A stretch of DNA of 64,000 nt, from NCBI GenBank assembly GCA_903826635.1, contig CAIKFI010000060.1, forward strand, positions 3,451 to 67,450. The letters run 5' to 3'. This stretch comes from an uncultured Spartobacteria bacterium. GTDB lineage: Bacteria > Verrucomicrobiota > Verrucomicrobiia > Chthoniobacterales > UBA6821. A program made the translations under genes and the position numbers. The notes beneath the pieces are model-generated. The model made no database searches and was not told where the DNA came from. It was given only the letters and a program-made list of their open reading frames with translations. Position 1 is the first letter of the stretch, and the number at the start of each line of letters is the position of its first letter. Positions 1 through 11,046 of this stretch are shown here, piece by piece.

Positions 1-804
1 GATGGAGAAACGCTGGGAGAGCACAATCTGAAAGATATCGCCCGCTCGGATGAACTCTTTGGAAGCTGTCACGGCATTTTCAAAAGTTTCCCGACTCATG
101 TTACTTGTAACAGGAAGGCGTGGTGGGTTTGCCATTGGGGCGAACGGCAAGAGGCAGAACGGGGAAGTGATCCGGACAATCAGGTCCCTGATTCTTTCGA
201 TCGCCTCGGTCCTGGAACTTTCGGGCCCAAGTTCTCCGGGAAAAGCACTGGCGACGATCTTGATGCTGCGGCGCTTGTGATCGAAAATGACCACGGTGTC
301 CGCTACCATAAAGAGCATCTCGGGAAGTTTGAGGTCATCGATTGGGGCGGGTGGCACGGAGGATTCAAAACTCCTCACGGCATCATATCCTAAATATCCA
401 ACAACTCCTCCCGTGAATCCCGGCAGCTCCGGGTGAACCCTGCACCGGTATCCCTCCATAAGATTCTGCAGTTCTTTGAGAGGATCATCGGCCTTCCAGG
501 ATTTCGTGAGACCGTTCCGGTCGCATTGGGTGATCTCCTTGCCTCGGGACTGGATCACAATCCTCGCTCCAGAACCAACAAATGAATACCGGCCCACTAG
601 GTCGCTCTGTTCAGCTGATTCAAGCAGGAACGAAGGTTCCTTATCGCCAAGTTTGGCAAGAAGAGACAAGGGAGTTTCACTGTCAGCAACGAATTCCATC
701 CACACCGGAACCACGGGGTATCTGGCCGCCTCAATGATGAAATCCTCCTCTGATGGAAAGACACTCTCCAGCTGGAGCAGTTGGGGTGCATCGATCGGCT
801 TCAT
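1..804 (-). CDS. trpE: anthranilate synthase component I, N-terminal ~268 codons (gene runs off the window start)
   Basis: Absent from the ORF track because there is no stop in the window. Hand translation from the ATG (rc of cat 802-804) gives MKPIDAPQLLQLESVFPSEEDFIIEAARYPVVPVWMEF...GGVVGYLGYDAVRSFE...EFIRAGDIFQIVLSQRFSI. The AGDIFQxVLSQR motif is typical of TrpE-type chorismate-binding enzymes. Confidence 0.7.
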   Translation of the reverse strand, partial: MKPIDAPQLLQLESVFPSEEDFIIEAARYPVVPVWMEFVADSETPLSLLAKLGDKEPSFLLESAEQSDLVGRYSFVGSGARIVIQSRGKEITQCDRNGLTKSWKADDPLKELQNLMEGYRCRVHPELPGFTGGVVGYLGYDAVRSFESSVPPAPIDDLKLPEMLFMVADTVVIFDHKRRSIKIVASAFPGELGPESSRTEAIERIRDLIVRITSPFCLLPFAPMANPPRLPVTSNMSRETFENAVTASKEFIRAGDIFQIVLSQRFSI

Positions 805-891
805 ATTTCAAAGGGTGATTCCGTCATCCAAACGTCGCAATAAGGAAATTCAAACCGCATCAGCAGAGAATTTTAAAAAGGTTTCGGGGGT

Positions 892-1353
892 TTACCGCTT
901 CCCCTGTCTGAAGCGGACGATTTCCCGATCCGTGTCACGCTGTTCGGCTTTTTTCTTAAGATCCTGACGCTGATCCGCTGCATGCTTACCTCTCCCAAGA
1001 CCAAGTTCCACTTTGACTCGTCCCTTTTTCCAATACATCCGAAGCACAGGAATAGCCAATCCCTTCCTGAGAGTCTGCTCCGCAAGGCGCTCAATCTCTA
1101 TACGATTTAGGAGCAATGGTCGTGGTCGCTTCGGGTCATGGGTCTCGTGGCTGGCTTTTTCGTAAACCTGAATGGTCGCATCAAAAAGCACAACTCCCCC
1201 TTTCTCGACCTTAGCGTAGGATCCGAGAAGATCCACCCTACCCGATCTCAACGATTTCACCTCGGTTCCAAGCAGGGAGACCCCTGCCTCGAACTTTTCA
1301 AGGATTTCATAATCCCTGAAGGCTTTCCGGTTAGTGACGATGTCCGAACCCAT
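892..1353 (-). CDS. smpB: SsrA-binding protein SmpB
   Basis: 153-aa ORF. KAFRDYEILEKFEAGVSLLGTEVKSLR...LLLNRIEIERL...IPVLRMYWKKGRVKVELGLGRGK matches the SmpB family end to end. Confidence 0.9.
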   Translation of the reverse strand: MGSDIVTNRKAFRDYEILEKFEAGVSLLGTEVKSLRSGRVDLLGSYAKVEKGGVVLFDATIQVYEKASHETHDPKRPRPLLLNRIEIERLAEQTLRKGLAIPVLRMYWKKGRVKVELGLGRGKHAADQRQDLKKKAEQRDTDREIVRFRQGKR

Positions 1354-1403
1354 TGCAACGTTCCGGAGTCAGCAATCCGGATATTCCGGACAGCCCCTTC
1401 TAA

Positions 1404-1631
1404 TCAGGCAATCTTGAATTCTTCCCCTTCGATCACAGGGAAAACTTCCGAACCGAGTTTTCCGGCCGCAATTTCAGCAAGGGCAACATCGGCAAGACCC
1501 ATGCTGAGATCCGTCTCTACCATGGGACGGCTTCCGGCATTCAGTTCGCGAACCCGCTTGCTGACCATATTGACGAGTTGCTGCTTGTTGGTGACCACTT
1601 TGGCGGCCTCTTCGATGTAACGGGTATTCAT
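1404..1631 (-). CDS. rpoZ: DNA-directed RNA polymerase subunit omega
   Basis: 75-aa ORF. The N-terminal stretch NKQQLVNMVSKRVRELNAG resembles the RpoZ core helix, and the size fits. Confidence 0.65.
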   Translation of the reverse strand: MNTRYIEEAAKVVTNKQQLVNMVSKRVRELNAGSRPMVETDLSMGLADVALAEIAAGKLGSEVFPVIEGEEFKIA

Positions 1632-1775
1632 AGGATCTAGTATAAGGAATCAGGAACTTTTCACCATGGCCTAAACTCTCCATAAGGACAAGCCTTGTCC
1701 TGCAGTTCCAAGAGTTGCCAACAAGGAGCTATTCCCTATCCTCTACGGGGTCCAACTTTTTTAGGAATTCAACTT

Positions 1776-2885
1776 ATGGGATTTTTCACACCTGGCTACC
1801 TGAAGGAAGCCCTTAACCTTGAGCAGGGAGCATCCAAAGTCCTGCATCATCATCGAGATTTACTCTCGGAAAAAAAACGCACGTCTTTGGAAAATCTGTT
1901 GAGAGAGTTGAAAGGGGCCATCAAGGACAAGAACAGGGAACCCATCAGGATGGTATCGGCCCAGGTAGAAAAAGAGTTTTCCTCGGCCATATCTGTACGC
2001 CCACATGCAGTTTGGTCTGAAAACATCGAGGCGATTGTCGTCGCCATCGCTTTGGCAATAGGATTTCAGGCCTATTTTTTGAAACCCTTCAAAATCCCGA
2101 CCGGATCGATGCAACCAACGCTTTACGGAATGACCGGGCACCCCTCGAGTGCACCACTTCCCGGAGCGGTAACAAGGGCTATAGATTTCATCAAACTTGG
2201 CAGGAGTCATCTTGACATCAAGGCTCCTGTCCAGGAGCAGGTTCTTGGACTCAACGAAAGAACGATGTTGAATTTCTTCACCTTCACTGAGGTCGTAACC
2301 TCGGCAGGGAATCACTCGGTCTTCGCCCCTAAGGATGTCGTCGCGAGGGATTTCGGCGTGCGTCCGGGAAGAATCTATGAGCAGGGGGAGAGCATTATCC
2401 ACGGATACGTGCAGGCGGGGGATCAGGTCTTTGTGGACCGGATGACTTTTCAATTCAGGAATCCCGATCACGCCGATGTCTTCGTCTTCAAGACAACGGG
2501 AATACAACGCATTGAGATGAATCTCGATCCGGCACTTGGATCACAATTTTACATTAAGCGCTTGGCTGGAATTTCCGGTGACTCCCTTCGAATTAATTCT
2601 CCCAAACTCTTCATCAATGATAGGGAGGCTCGAAACCCAGCTTTTCAACGCGTGATGAGTTGTGAAAACGGCTACAGGGGATACTCGAATCCCAGCGCTG
2701 CCGAATACCTCACCACCCCCGGAGAAACCTTCACCGTTCCGGGTCACTCCTTCTTTGCTCTCGGTGACAACAGCTACAACTCAAGCGACAGTCGCTTCTG
2801 GGGGATCGTTCCCGAGCACAACGTGATCGGAAGAGGTTTTTTTGTCTACTGGCCGTTTTCCGAACGCTGGGGCTTTATCCATTAA
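1776..2885 (+). CDS. lepB: signal peptidase I
   Basis: Motifs PTGSMQPTL (catalytic Ser), YIKRLAGISGDSL (catalytic Lys box) and GDNSYNSSDSRFWGIVPEHNVIGRGFFVYWPF. I prefer the ATG at 1776 (MGFFTPGY...) over the TTG at 1695 in the track. Confidence 0.9.
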   Translation: MGFFTPGYLKEALNLEQGASKVLHHHRDLLSEKKRTSLENLLRELKGAIKDKNREPIRMVSAQVEKEFSSAISVRPHAVWSENIEAIVVAIALAIGFQAYFLKPFKIPTGSMQPTLYGMTGHPSSAPLPGAVTRAIDFIKLGRSHLDIKAPVQEQVLGLNERTMLNFFTFTEVVTSAGNHSVFAPKDVVARDFGVRPGRIYEQGESIIHGYVQAGDQVFVDRMTFQFRNPDHADVFVFKTTGIQRIEMNLDPALGSQFYIKRLAGISGDSLRINSPKLFINDREARNPAFQRVMSCENGYRGYSNPSAAEYLTTPGETFTVPGHSFFALGDNSYNSSDSRFWGIVPEHNVIGRGFFVYWPFSERWGFIH

Positions 2886-2967
2886 GCACCTCATCAGGGC
2901 TTTTCCAGACGATAGCCAGTAAAAGGAGTCGCATTCGCATCCCTTGAAGCTCCTGCGGGAGACTTCC

Positions 2968-4263
2968 TTATTTCTTCTTTTTGGTTTTGGGAGAAGCCTT
3001 CTTCAATGTTCCGGCTTCCACCTTCGCCGCAACCTTCAATCTCAGCGCATTGAGTCGAATGAATCCGGTGGCATCTCCCTGATTATAGGCTTGGGTGGGA
3101 TCTGCCTCCATCGTTGCGATATCCGGGCGGTAAAGACTGACGGGACTCCTGCGGCCTGCGGCCAGAATGTTCCCCTTGTAAAGACGGATTCTCACCGTGC
3201 CAGTCACGTTTTTCTGGGATTCCGAAACAAGCGCCTGAAGAGCAAGTCGCTCCGGGGCAAACCAGAAGCCGTTGTAAACAAGCGTGCTGTAGGTGGGAAT
3301 CAGACCATCACGCAGGTGCATCACCTCGCGATCCATGGTGAGGGACTCCATCTGACGATGGGCAAAATGGAGAATGGAACCACCCGGGGTCTCGTAGACA
3401 CCGCGGCTCTTCATTCCGACAAAGCGGTTCTCAACCATGTCGACACGACCGACCCCGTGACGTCCACCGATTTTATTGAGCGTCTTCATCACACCAAGCG
3501 GATCGAGTTGTTTCCCATTCACAGCAACACAGTTGCCTTGAAGGAAATCCAAAGTGATGAGTTCCGCCTTGTCAGGGGCATCCTCCGGACTGACTGAAAG
3601 TTTAAACATGCTGCTGTTTGCGGGTGCAAAGGCATCAAACCAAGGATCCTCGAGGATCCCGCTCTCATAACTGATATGGAGCAGATTTCGGTCCATGGAA
3701 TAGGGCTTCTTAGCACTCGCCTCAACGGGCACTTTATGGACACGGCAGTATTCAATCATCTCCGCACGTCCTGGAAACTCCTTCCGGAAACTCTCTTCAC
3801 GCCAGGGCGCAATGACCTCAAGGTCAGGAGAGAGGGCCGCCGCAGTCAGTTCGAAGCGCACCTGATCGTTTCCTTTGCCCGTTGCACCGTGAGCGAAAGC
3901 ATCGGCACCCTCGGCTTTGGCAATCTCGACCATTCGTTTCGCAATCAGTGGCCGGGCGATGCTTGTCCCGAGAAAATACTCCCCTTCGTAAAGAGCTCCC
4001 GACTGGATCATCGGAAAAATGAAGTCTTTGGCAAATTCCGACTGGAGATCATCGACATAACACTTGGAGGCACCTGTTCTAAGTGCTTTGGGCTTCAGGC
4101 CTTTGAGTTCCTCCTCTTGTCCGATATCCGCGCAAAACGCGATGACCTCCGCTGAGTATGTTTCCTTGATCCAGTTCAGGATTACGGAGGTATCAAGCCC
4201 TCCTGAGTAAGCTACGACGATTTTCACGGAAGACGGATAACACGGAATAAATTCATGATGCAC
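2968..4263 (-). CDS. argG: argininosuccinate synthase
   Basis: [15 protein letters not shown] (ATP-PPase P-loop), [14 protein letters not shown] and [19 protein letters not shown]. Carries an extra Lys-rich C-terminal tail [11 protein letters not shown]. Confidence 0.95.
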   Translation of the reverse strand: MHHEFIPCYPSSVKIVVAYSGGLDTSVILNWIKETYSAEVIAFCADIGQEEELKGLKPKALRTGASKCYVDDLQSEFAKDFIFPMIQSGALYEGEYFLGTSIARPLIAKRMVEIAKAEGADAFAHGATGKGNDQVRFELTAAALSPDLEVIAPWREESFRKEFPGRAEMIEYCRVHKVPVEASAKKPYSMDRNLLHISYESGILEDPWFDAFAPANSSMFKLSVSPEDAPDKAELITLDFLQGNCVAVNGKQLDPLGVMKTLNKIGGRHGVGRVDMVENRFVGMKSRGVYETPGGSILHFAHRQMESLTMDREVMHLRDGLIPTYSTLVYNGFWFAPERLALQALVSESQKNVTGTVRIRLYKGNILAAGRRSPVSLYRPDIATMEADPTQAYNQGDATGFIRLNALRLKVAAKVEAGTLKKASPKTKKKK

Positions 4264-4305
4264 GCCGATTCACCAGAATGTGGCTCTTTAGACGATGAAT
4301 GATCC

Positions 4306-7300
4306 TCACACTTCCGCCTCACCCTTCTTCTTTTTCTCAAACCACGCGAAGCAAACCGGTATCACAAAAATGGCAATGAATGTGGAGGCCATCATCCCGC
4401 CAACAACGGTTGAACCCAGAATGCGCCTCGACACTGCACCGGAACCGGTGGCGATGGCAAGAGGGACACATCCCAAGATGAAGGCGAATGCAGTCATCAG
4501 GATGGGACGCAGACGGAGTTTTGCAGCATCGAGTGCCGCATCAAAAACAGGTCGTCCCTTCTCCACCTCGTCCTTGGCAAACTCGACAATGAGGATCGCA
4601 TTCTTTGCGGCGAGACCAATCAGCATGATCAGACCGATCTGTGCGTAGACATCATTGTCCATGTGCCTTGTGAAGAGGGCAACCACGGCTCCGAACACGG
4701 CGACAGGTGTGCAGAGCAGGACACTGAACGGCAGGGACCAACTCTCATACTGGGCCGCCAGAATCAGGAACACAAAGAGAAGGGAAAGTGCAAAGATGGC
4801 GGTCGGGGGTATTCCCTCCGCAGCCTGTTTCTCCTCGAAGGACATTCCGAAATAATCAAACCCCATTCCCGGTGGCATCGTGGACTTGAAGGTCTCCTCA
4901 AGTGCCTTCATCACCTGAGCCGTGCTGACTCCAGGAGCACCGTTGATATTGATCTGAGCACAGTTGAACATATTGAAGCGCATGGTGAATTCGGGGCCCT
5001 GAATGGGATGGACCGTCAGGATACTTGAGAGTGGGACGGCTTCTCCTTTCTTGTTGCGCACATAGAAGAGCGAGGCGTTTTTCGGATCGGTACGACTGGA
5101 CCCCTCGGCTTGGATGTAGGCGTAATACTGAAGGTTGAATCTGTTGAAGTAATTGACGGGAATGCCTCCCAGGAAACACTGAAGGGTCCGGTAGGCATCA
5201 TTAAGATCCACTCCCAGCATCAGGCAAAGAGCAGGATCGACGACCATCGAAACCTGTGGCACCGAAGGAAGATAAGTCGAGGTGACAGAGCCTATCTCGG
5301 GACGTTTCTTGATCGCTCCCATGAACAGGGCAAAGTTTTTCTCCAGGAACGTGGGATCGATACCCAATCGGTCCTCCAGAATAAAAGTGGTTCCACCGGA
5401 GGTGCCAATCCCGGGGATTGCAGGTGGAGGAAAGCAGAAGTTAATGGCTCCGGGAACGGGCGCTATCTTCTTATTAATGGTCTGCAGAAGGGCGAACGCA
5501 TCCTGACCGGGCGCTTTGCGTTCATCCCAAGGTTTGAGCGTGATGAAGTAAAAGGCACTATAGGTCGTCTGGACGCCGCTCAACAGATTAAAGCCCACAA
5601 TGGTGGTCACATGGTCGACCCCAGGAATCTTGGAGACGATGTCGGACACTTGATGGGAAACCGCGTCGGTCCTCTGCTGAGAGGAGGCATTAGGAAGCTG
5701 GGAAAAAGCATAGAGATAACCGTTGTCCTCCTCCGGAACAAAGGAACCCGGCAGTTTGGAGCCCAAGAAACCGGATAAGGCAACCATCCCGATAAGCAAA
5801 ACCCCCGCTATGAAACTTTTGCGGAGTAAAAAGGAACAGATTCCCAGATATCCGCCACGACCGGCATCAAAGATCGTATTGAATCCCTTGTAGAAAGCGC
5901 CCAATGGCCCCCTCACCTCGGTGCGGGGTCGCAATAACATCGAACCCAGAGCAGGACTGAGACTCATCGCATTGAACGTCGAAATAATGACGGAGATCGA
6001 GATGGTCAGGGCAAACTGCTGGTAGAGCCCCCCCGTGATACCCGGCAGAAAGACCGTGGGGATGAAAACCGACGACAGAATCAAAGCCGTGGCGATCAAG
6101 GGCCCCGTTACCTGCTCCATGGCCTTGATTGAGGCCTCTTTGGGAGAGAGTCCCTCCTCGATGTGATGTTCAATGGCTTCCACCACCACGATGGCATCGT
6201 CCACGACTAATCCGATCGCTAGAACAAGCCCGAAGAGCGACAGGGTATTGAGCGAGAAGCCGAAGAGCGGAAAGAGCGCAAAGGTTCCGATCAACGATAC
6301 GGGAACAGCCAGGGCCGGAATCAAGGTTGCTCTCCAGTTCTGAAGGAAGAGGAAGACAACGATGAGAACAAGGATCATCGCCTCGACAAGGGTCTTCAGG
6401 ATGTCATGCATGCTGGCTGTCACCGCCAGAGTCGTGTCGAGGGCGCATTCGTATTTTAAGCCCGCAGGGAAGCTTCCAGCAGACTCAGCCATTAGTCTGC
6501 GGGCATTCTCGGCCACGGTCAGGGCATTGCTGCCGGGTAGCTGGTAGACGGCAACAATGGCCGCAGGATGGCCGTTATATCGCCCGGCAAGGTTGTAGGT
6601 CTGGGCTCCCAATTCGACACGCGCCACGTCCTTGACCCTGACAATGGATCCATCCTTATCCGCCCTCACAATGATTTCTTCAAATTGTTTTTCCGTAATC
6701 AGGCGGCCGGGAGCCCTCACAGTGAAGGTCATTTGTTGACCGGGAGGAACGGGTTCGGCACCGGTCTGTCCGGCGGGATTCACCGTATTTTGCTGATTGA
6801 CGGCATCATAGACCTCTTGGGTCGTGATGTTAAAATTGGCAAGTTTTGCAGGGTCCAGCCACATCCTCATGGCATACTGACCCGCCCCAAAGATGGTGAC
6901 ACTCGCAATACCGGTGAGTCGGGTCAACGGGTTGACGATATTGACATAGGCGTAGTTTGCCAGGAAGACGGCATCATAACGGTCGTCATCCGTATAAAGG
7001 GCGAAGCAGATGAGCGGTGAAGGGGCGGTCTTGACGACATTGATCCCCTGTTTGACAACCTGCTGGGGAAGTTGGGATTGCGCCTGGGTCTGACGCATCT
7101 GGGTAAGGATCTGATCGGTGACGGGAACCGTATTGTTGGCAAAGATAACATTGAGCTGAGACTGTCCAGAACTCGAGTTCAACGAATACATGTACTGCAT
7201 GCTGTCGACACCGTTGACCTGCTGTTCGATCGGCGTCGCCACGGATTGTTGAACCGTCATCGCATCAGCACCCGGATAGGTGGCCTGAACTTGGATCTGG

Positions 7301-7422
7301 GGAGGAACGATGTTTGGGAACTGGGAGACTGGAAGTCCCAACAGGCAGACGACTCCCAGGATCACGGTGATGATCGCGATCACCATCGCCACAATGGGCC
7401 GGTTGATGAAAAATTTAGCCAT
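4306..7422 (-). CDS. RND (AcrB/HAE1-type) efflux transporter, inner-membrane subunit
   Basis: 1038 aa. Begins [17 protein letters not shown] and has the 12-TM layout with two large periplasmic loops. Contains the conserved [12 protein letters not shown] and [12 protein letters not shown] motifs. Confidence 0.92.
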   Translation of the reverse strand: MAKFFINRPIVAMVIAIITVILGVVCLLGLPVSQFPNIVPPQIQVQATYPGADAMTVQQSVATPIEQQVNGVDSMQYMYSLNSSSGQSQLNVIFANNTVPVTDQILTQMRQTQAQSQLPQQVVKQGINVVKTAPSPLICFALYTDDDRYDAVFLANYAYVNIVNPLTRLTGIASVTIFGAGQYAMRMWLDPAKLANFNITTQEVYDAVNQQNTVNPAGQTGAEPVPPGQQMTFTVRAPGRLITEKQFEEIIVRADKDGSIVRVKDVARVELGAQTYNLAGRYNGHPAAIVAVYQLPGSNALTVAENARRLMAESAGSFPAGLKYECALDTTLAVTASMHDILKTLVEAMILVLIVVFLFLQNWRATLIPALAVPVSLIGTFALFPLFGFSLNTLSLFGLVLAIGLVVDDAIVVVEAIEHHIEEGLSPKEASIKAMEQVTGPLIATALILSSVFIPTVFLPGITGGLYQQFALTISISVIISTFNAMSLSPALGSMLLRPRTEVRGPLGAFYKGFNTIFDAGRGGYLGICSFLLRKSFIAGVLLIGMVALSGFLGSKLPGSFVPEEDNGYLYAFSQLPNASSQQRTDAVSHQVSDIVSKIPGVDHVTTIVGFNLLSGVQTTYSAFYFITLKPWDERKAPGQDAFALLQTINKKIAPVPGAINFCFPPPAIPGIGTSGGTTFILEDRLGIDPTFLEKNFALFMGAIKKRPEIGSVTSTYLPSVPQVSMVVDPALCLMLGVDLNDAYRTLQCFLGGIPVNYFNRFNLQYYAYIQAEGSSRTDPKNASLFYVRNKKGEAVPLSSILTVHPIQGPEFTMRFNMFNCAQININGAPGVSTAQVMKALEETFKSTMPPGMGFDYFGMSFEEKQAAEGIPPTAIFALSLLFVFLILAAQYESWSLPFSVLLCTPVAVFGAVVALFTRHMDNDVYAQIGLIMLIGLAAKNAILIVEFAKDEVEKGRPVFDAALDAAKLRLRPILMTAFAFILGCVPLAIATGSGAVSRRILGSTVVGGMMASTFIAIFVIPVCFAWFEKKKKGEAEV

Positions 7423-7452
7423 GACAGTATCCTGTGAGACTCCGGGAAGTCG

Positions 7453-8679
7453 TCAGGACTTGGCTGGAGATGACGCCGGAAGCGGCCCTTCAATACCACC
7501 TCCATCCGTGTGAACTCCTCCGGAGGAAGCAGGGGGAGCGGGAAGAGGCATCACGGTGCATCCATCGATGACTTTTTGAATTCCTTGCACGACGATCCGG
7601 TCTCCCGCTTCGACACCCGAGAGGACCACTGCCTCCTCGCGCGTGGTTTCTCCGATGTTCACATTCCTGATCGTCACCTTGTTATCGGGCCCCACAACGG
7701 CGAGTTGTTGGATGTTTTGAATCGTGATCAGCGAATTGATCGGGACGACGAGAGCATTCTTCTGGACTCCTAACGTGGCTTTTACCCGAGCGAAAAGCCC
7801 GGGGCGTAACAAGGTTCCAGGATTTGGAAAGAGTCCCTCCACGGTAATGGACCCAGTCTGTGTGCTGATCTGATTGTTGGCGGCGCGAAAAACTCCTTTT
7901 TGAGGATAAACGGTACCGTCAGAGAGCACCATCTGCATGCCCACCGCATCGTCTTCACGTTCGTTTTGTTGCGCTTTGGAGGGATCATTGAGGCTTTTCT
8001 TGATCAGACCGAGGAAATCGTCCTGTCCTACCTGAAAGACCACCTTGATCGGGTCAATGGCAATGACGGTCGTGAGGGGTTGTGTCAACTGGGCACTCAC
8101 ATAGGTGCCGACCTCATAGTTTGCAAGGCCCGCCATGCCATCAATCGGGGAAACAATCTTGGAGAAATCCAGATTCACTTGCGCGGATTGGACTGCAGCT
8201 TGTGCCGCAGCAACTTGGCCGACAGTGGCCTGATAGTTCTGCTGTTGATTTTGAAACTCCTGAACACTAATCACCTTACCCGCCAAGAGGTTTTGGGCTC
8301 GGACAAAATCCTGCTGCACTTTGGTCTGCGTGGCCAGAGCGGTTGCCAGATCGGCATTGGCCTTGTCCAGCGAGGCCTGAAAGGGGGCAGGATCAATTTG
8401 AAAGAGAGGTTCACCCTGTTTGACCACCGTTCCCTCGGAATAGTAGCGTTGAATGATATTACCCGAGACATTCGGCTTCACCATAGATGTGACAGTCCCC
8501 TGAAGGTTGCCGATCCACTCTTTGTGATGGGGCATATCCTTCTGGATGACCGTCCCAAGAGTCACAGGAACGGGAGGTCGAGTGACAGGGGGACTCGGGG
8601 CTTTCTTGCAAGAGGAGAGCGGCATGAAAGTCAGTCCCGCCATCATCGGAAGCAACATGGGGAGGTTAAAAATCTTCAC
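7453..8679 (-). CDS. RND efflux periplasmic adaptor (membrane fusion protein), lipoprotein
   Basis: Signal peptide with lipobox LSSC. Has a coiled-coil hairpin region and the IVSPIDGMAG lipoyl-like motif. Lies 30 nt upstream of the RND pump on the same strand. Confidence 0.85.
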   Translation of the reverse strand: MKIFNLPMLLPMMAGLTFMPLSSCKKAPSPPVTRPPVPVTLGTVIQKDMPHHKEWIGNLQGTVTSMVKPNVSGNIIQRYYSEGTVVKQGEPLFQIDPAPFQASLDKANADLATALATQTKVQQDFVRAQNLLAGKVISVQEFQNQQQNYQATVGQVAAAQAAVQSAQVNLDFSKIVSPIDGMAGLANYEVGTYVSAQLTQPLTTVIAIDPIKVVFQVGQDDFLGLIKKSLNDPSKAQQNEREDDAVGMQMVLSDGTVYPQKGVFRAANNQISTQTGSITVEGLFPNPGTLLRPGLFARVKATLGVQKNALVVPINSLITIQNIQQLAVVGPDNKVTIRNVNIGETTREEAVVLSGVEAGDRIVVQGIQKVIDGCTVMPLPAPPASSGGVHTDGGGIEGPLPASSPAKS

Positions 8680-8742
8680 AGGATTCTAATTAACAGATGT
8701 TACAACCGCGTGGCTAGGAAAGAGACTCGATCCTGACAAGAG

Positions 8743-10152
8743 TCACTTCCTGGATCTGGCTCGAATCACCATCCAGATCACGGGAACCAGACACCATCCC
8801 AACACGATCCGAGGAATGATCCCTGAGGCGCCCTTTTGGACAGGGTAGATATTCACCCATACGGTGTAGCCTATGGCCATGGCGGCGATCGCTGGAATCA
8901 GCATCAACCAGCGTTGCGTTCTCTTAGATTCTTGCCACGTGGAGATCCCCGCGCTGATCGCTACGAGAAAATAGGCAACAAGCAGGGCAAGAACGCCAAG
9001 AGTCGAGGCCCAAAAGAAGGGATCGGAACCACCTCCATGAAAGACCAATCTCATCATGGCATAACCAGCAAAGACCGCTCCGATCACACTCATAGATGCA
9101 AGAACGGGGGAGGAACCCGCTTCGGAGAGTCTGGCCAAACGACTTTTTGGAGCCAATTCCCGCATCATGGCGAAAAGCACCCTTGATGCGCCCATCACGG
9201 AAGCCAATCCGCAACCGAGTGCTGAAAAAGTGGCTAGGATATCAAGAAGATCACCACACCATCCACCGAAATAAATCCCGCCAAGATCCCCGAGCAAGGA
9301 ATGTGATGCTGAAAATTGCGCCATTCCTTCCCGGCTTGTTCCGAAGCCTAGCACTTGGGCCGTCGTGACCAATGTATAGACAAGCCCACCCCCAATCACG
9401 GTCCCCAGCAGCACCCTCGGAATTGTGAACGTCGGTCTTTTTACCTCCTCGGCCATTGTGGCTACCTCCTCGAATCCAGCGAAGGAGAGGAACCCGAACG
9501 ACAAGGCTAGGGCAATCGAGGAGGGCGCAATTCCGGAAGTTGGAATAAAGAGATCGACAAGCGGCGGATCAACTTGAGGACCATGCCCGTGAAAGACTTG
9601 CCAGATCACCGCACCGGAGAGAACAACCATCACTGCAACCGCCAATCCCTCCAGCATGATTAGGGCAACAGCCGCGAGACGGGCGGCCGTGATTGCCAGA
9701 ACTCCTACCAGCACAGCACCAACAATCGTAAAATAGAAAATCGAGGGATGATGAGCCGGATGAAATTTTGCAGCCAGATCACTTCGGAAAAGACCGAACC
9801 CCGAAATTCCCACCATTCCAAAGCTGAGGTAGGCTCCGAGCATGGCCCAGCCCGCAACAATTCCTGAACCTGGACCCATCACCGCAGAGACAAAACCGAA
9901 AGCCGAACCTGCATTAGGATAAATCCTGGAGAGGCGGGCAAAGCACCATGCCACCATGAGGACCAGAAAGGCGCTGAGGAGAAAGATAAGCGGGATCATG
10001 CGCCCAACATGCTGAGATGGTTCCTGGGGATTCAGGTTCATCGCCAAAGTCGGGCCCATACCGGCAACGCTGACTCCAATGGCATCACGAATGCCAAGTC
10101 CACGAAGGAAAGAGGATCGTTTCTCTGAATTCTGCAATCCGCTCATAGGCAA
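8743..10152 (-). CDS. APC-family amino acid/polyamine permease
   Basis: 469 aa with about 12 predicted TM helices. N-terminal LGIRDAIGVSVAGMGPT is typical of the APC superfamily. Confidence 0.75.
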   Translation of the reverse strand: MPMSGLQNSEKRSSFLRGLGIRDAIGVSVAGMGPTLAMNLNPQEPSQHVGRMIPLIFLLSAFLVLMVAWCFARLSRIYPNAGSAFGFVSAVMGPGSGIVAGWAMLGAYLSFGMVGISGFGLFRSDLAAKFHPAHHPSIFYFTIVGAVLVGVLAITAARLAAVALIMLEGLAVAVMVVLSGAVIWQVFHGHGPQVDPPLVDLFIPTSGIAPSSIALALSFGFLSFAGFEEVATMAEEVKRPTFTIPRVLLGTVIGGGLVYTLVTTAQVLGFGTSREGMAQFSASHSLLGDLGGIYFGGWCGDLLDILATFSALGCGLASVMGASRVLFAMMRELAPKSRLARLSEAGSSPVLASMSVIGAVFAGYAMMRLVFHGGGSDPFFWASTLGVLALLVAYFLVAISAGISTWQESKRTQRWLMLIPAIAAMAIGYTVWVNIYPVQKGASGIIPRIVLGWCLVPVIWMVIRARSRK

Positions 10153-10269
10153 CGTTTCTTATCCTTCAACTTCATTCGCTTTCTCAAGCCAATTGATATC
10201 GTTCGGAAGGTTAAAAAGAGACATAGTTTTAGAAAGAAACCTCATGAAATCTAAAAAAGATAATCATAT

Positions 10270-11046
10270 TTAAAAATAACGAATCTCATGGTTATGATCG
10301 ATCGATATTTCAAGTATTCTAAGATACTCACCGAAGAGTTTAAGACCCCGCTTCTCTTCCTCCCCGAGATTAAAATGAATAAAGTCTCTCAAATAATGGA
10401 GTGCAAACTCGGGATCCGGCTCAAGCAACGCAATGGCCTGACGTTCCAGGAGACCTCGGGACTTTGCATTTCTGAGCAGTTTTGATAATTCCTTTTTTTT
10501 AGTAAGATCTGATTTAAGTAACCACAAAGCAAAGACAAACGGCAATCCTGTTTTCCTAAACCACTCGCCACCTAAATCCAGAAATCGGATATCTGAACCC
10601 ATAGTTTCCTTCCTGTAGGCAAGAGCCGGATCCCCAATCATCAATCGAGCAGATTTATTAGATATTTCTTCAGTATTTTGGACATATTCCGGATAAATTT
10701 GGAGGAATTGTTCAAGAACAATTCGCAAGAGAGCATTGGAAGTGTGTGAAGAGGGATCAAAAGAGACTTTTTTTATTTTTTGAAGATCCCCCATATAAGC
10801 CAATACCACACTATGAACATCCCCCTTCGACGAGATGGAAACTCCATCGACAACGCATGGAGATGGCGAATTAATCACATCGATTGAGGAGAGTAATGCA
10901 GCATCTAACTTGCTCGATTTATACGCATCATATAACTTGGAAGGAACAAGTTTTAGAACTGGCAGATTAAGTTCTTCAAGCCCCTCAAGAAGCGGTCGAG
11001 CGTTCAAGTAGGGAACGCATCCGATCCTCGGAATCGGGGTCATCAC
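10270..11046 (-). CDS. mqnA: menaquinone biosynthesis protein, MqnA/MqnD family (futalosine pathway; probably chorismate dehydratase MqnA)
   Basis: RIGCVPYLNARPLLEGL N-terminus and a periplasmic-binding-protein-like fold typical of PF02621. Start overlaps the stop of the upstream mqn radical-SAM gene (TGATG). GC is clearly lower than in the neighbours. Confidence 0.7.
   Translation of the reverse strand: MMTPIPRIGCVPYLNARPLLEGLEELNLPVLKLVPSKLYDAYKSSKLDAALLSSIDVINSPSPCVVDGVSISSKGDVHSVVLAYMGDLQKIKKVSFDPSSHTSNALLRIVLEQFLQIYPEYVQNTEEISNKSARLMIGDPALAYRKETMGSDIRFLDLGGEWFRKTGLPFVFALWLLKSDLTKKKELSKLLRNAKSRGLLERQAIALLEPDPEFALHYLRDFIHFNLGEEEKRGLKLFGEYLRILEISIDHNHEIRYF

Noticed and set aside
7900-8736. 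278-codon ORF antisense to the RND adaptor, plus similar ORFs at 1860-2507, 5110-5778, 17781-18380, 26537-27133, 30358-30945 and 33616-34251
   Set aside because: I checked each arithmetically, and all are in the codon-aligned antisense frame of a confidently identified gene. This is a systematic codon-bias artefact, not overlapping genes.
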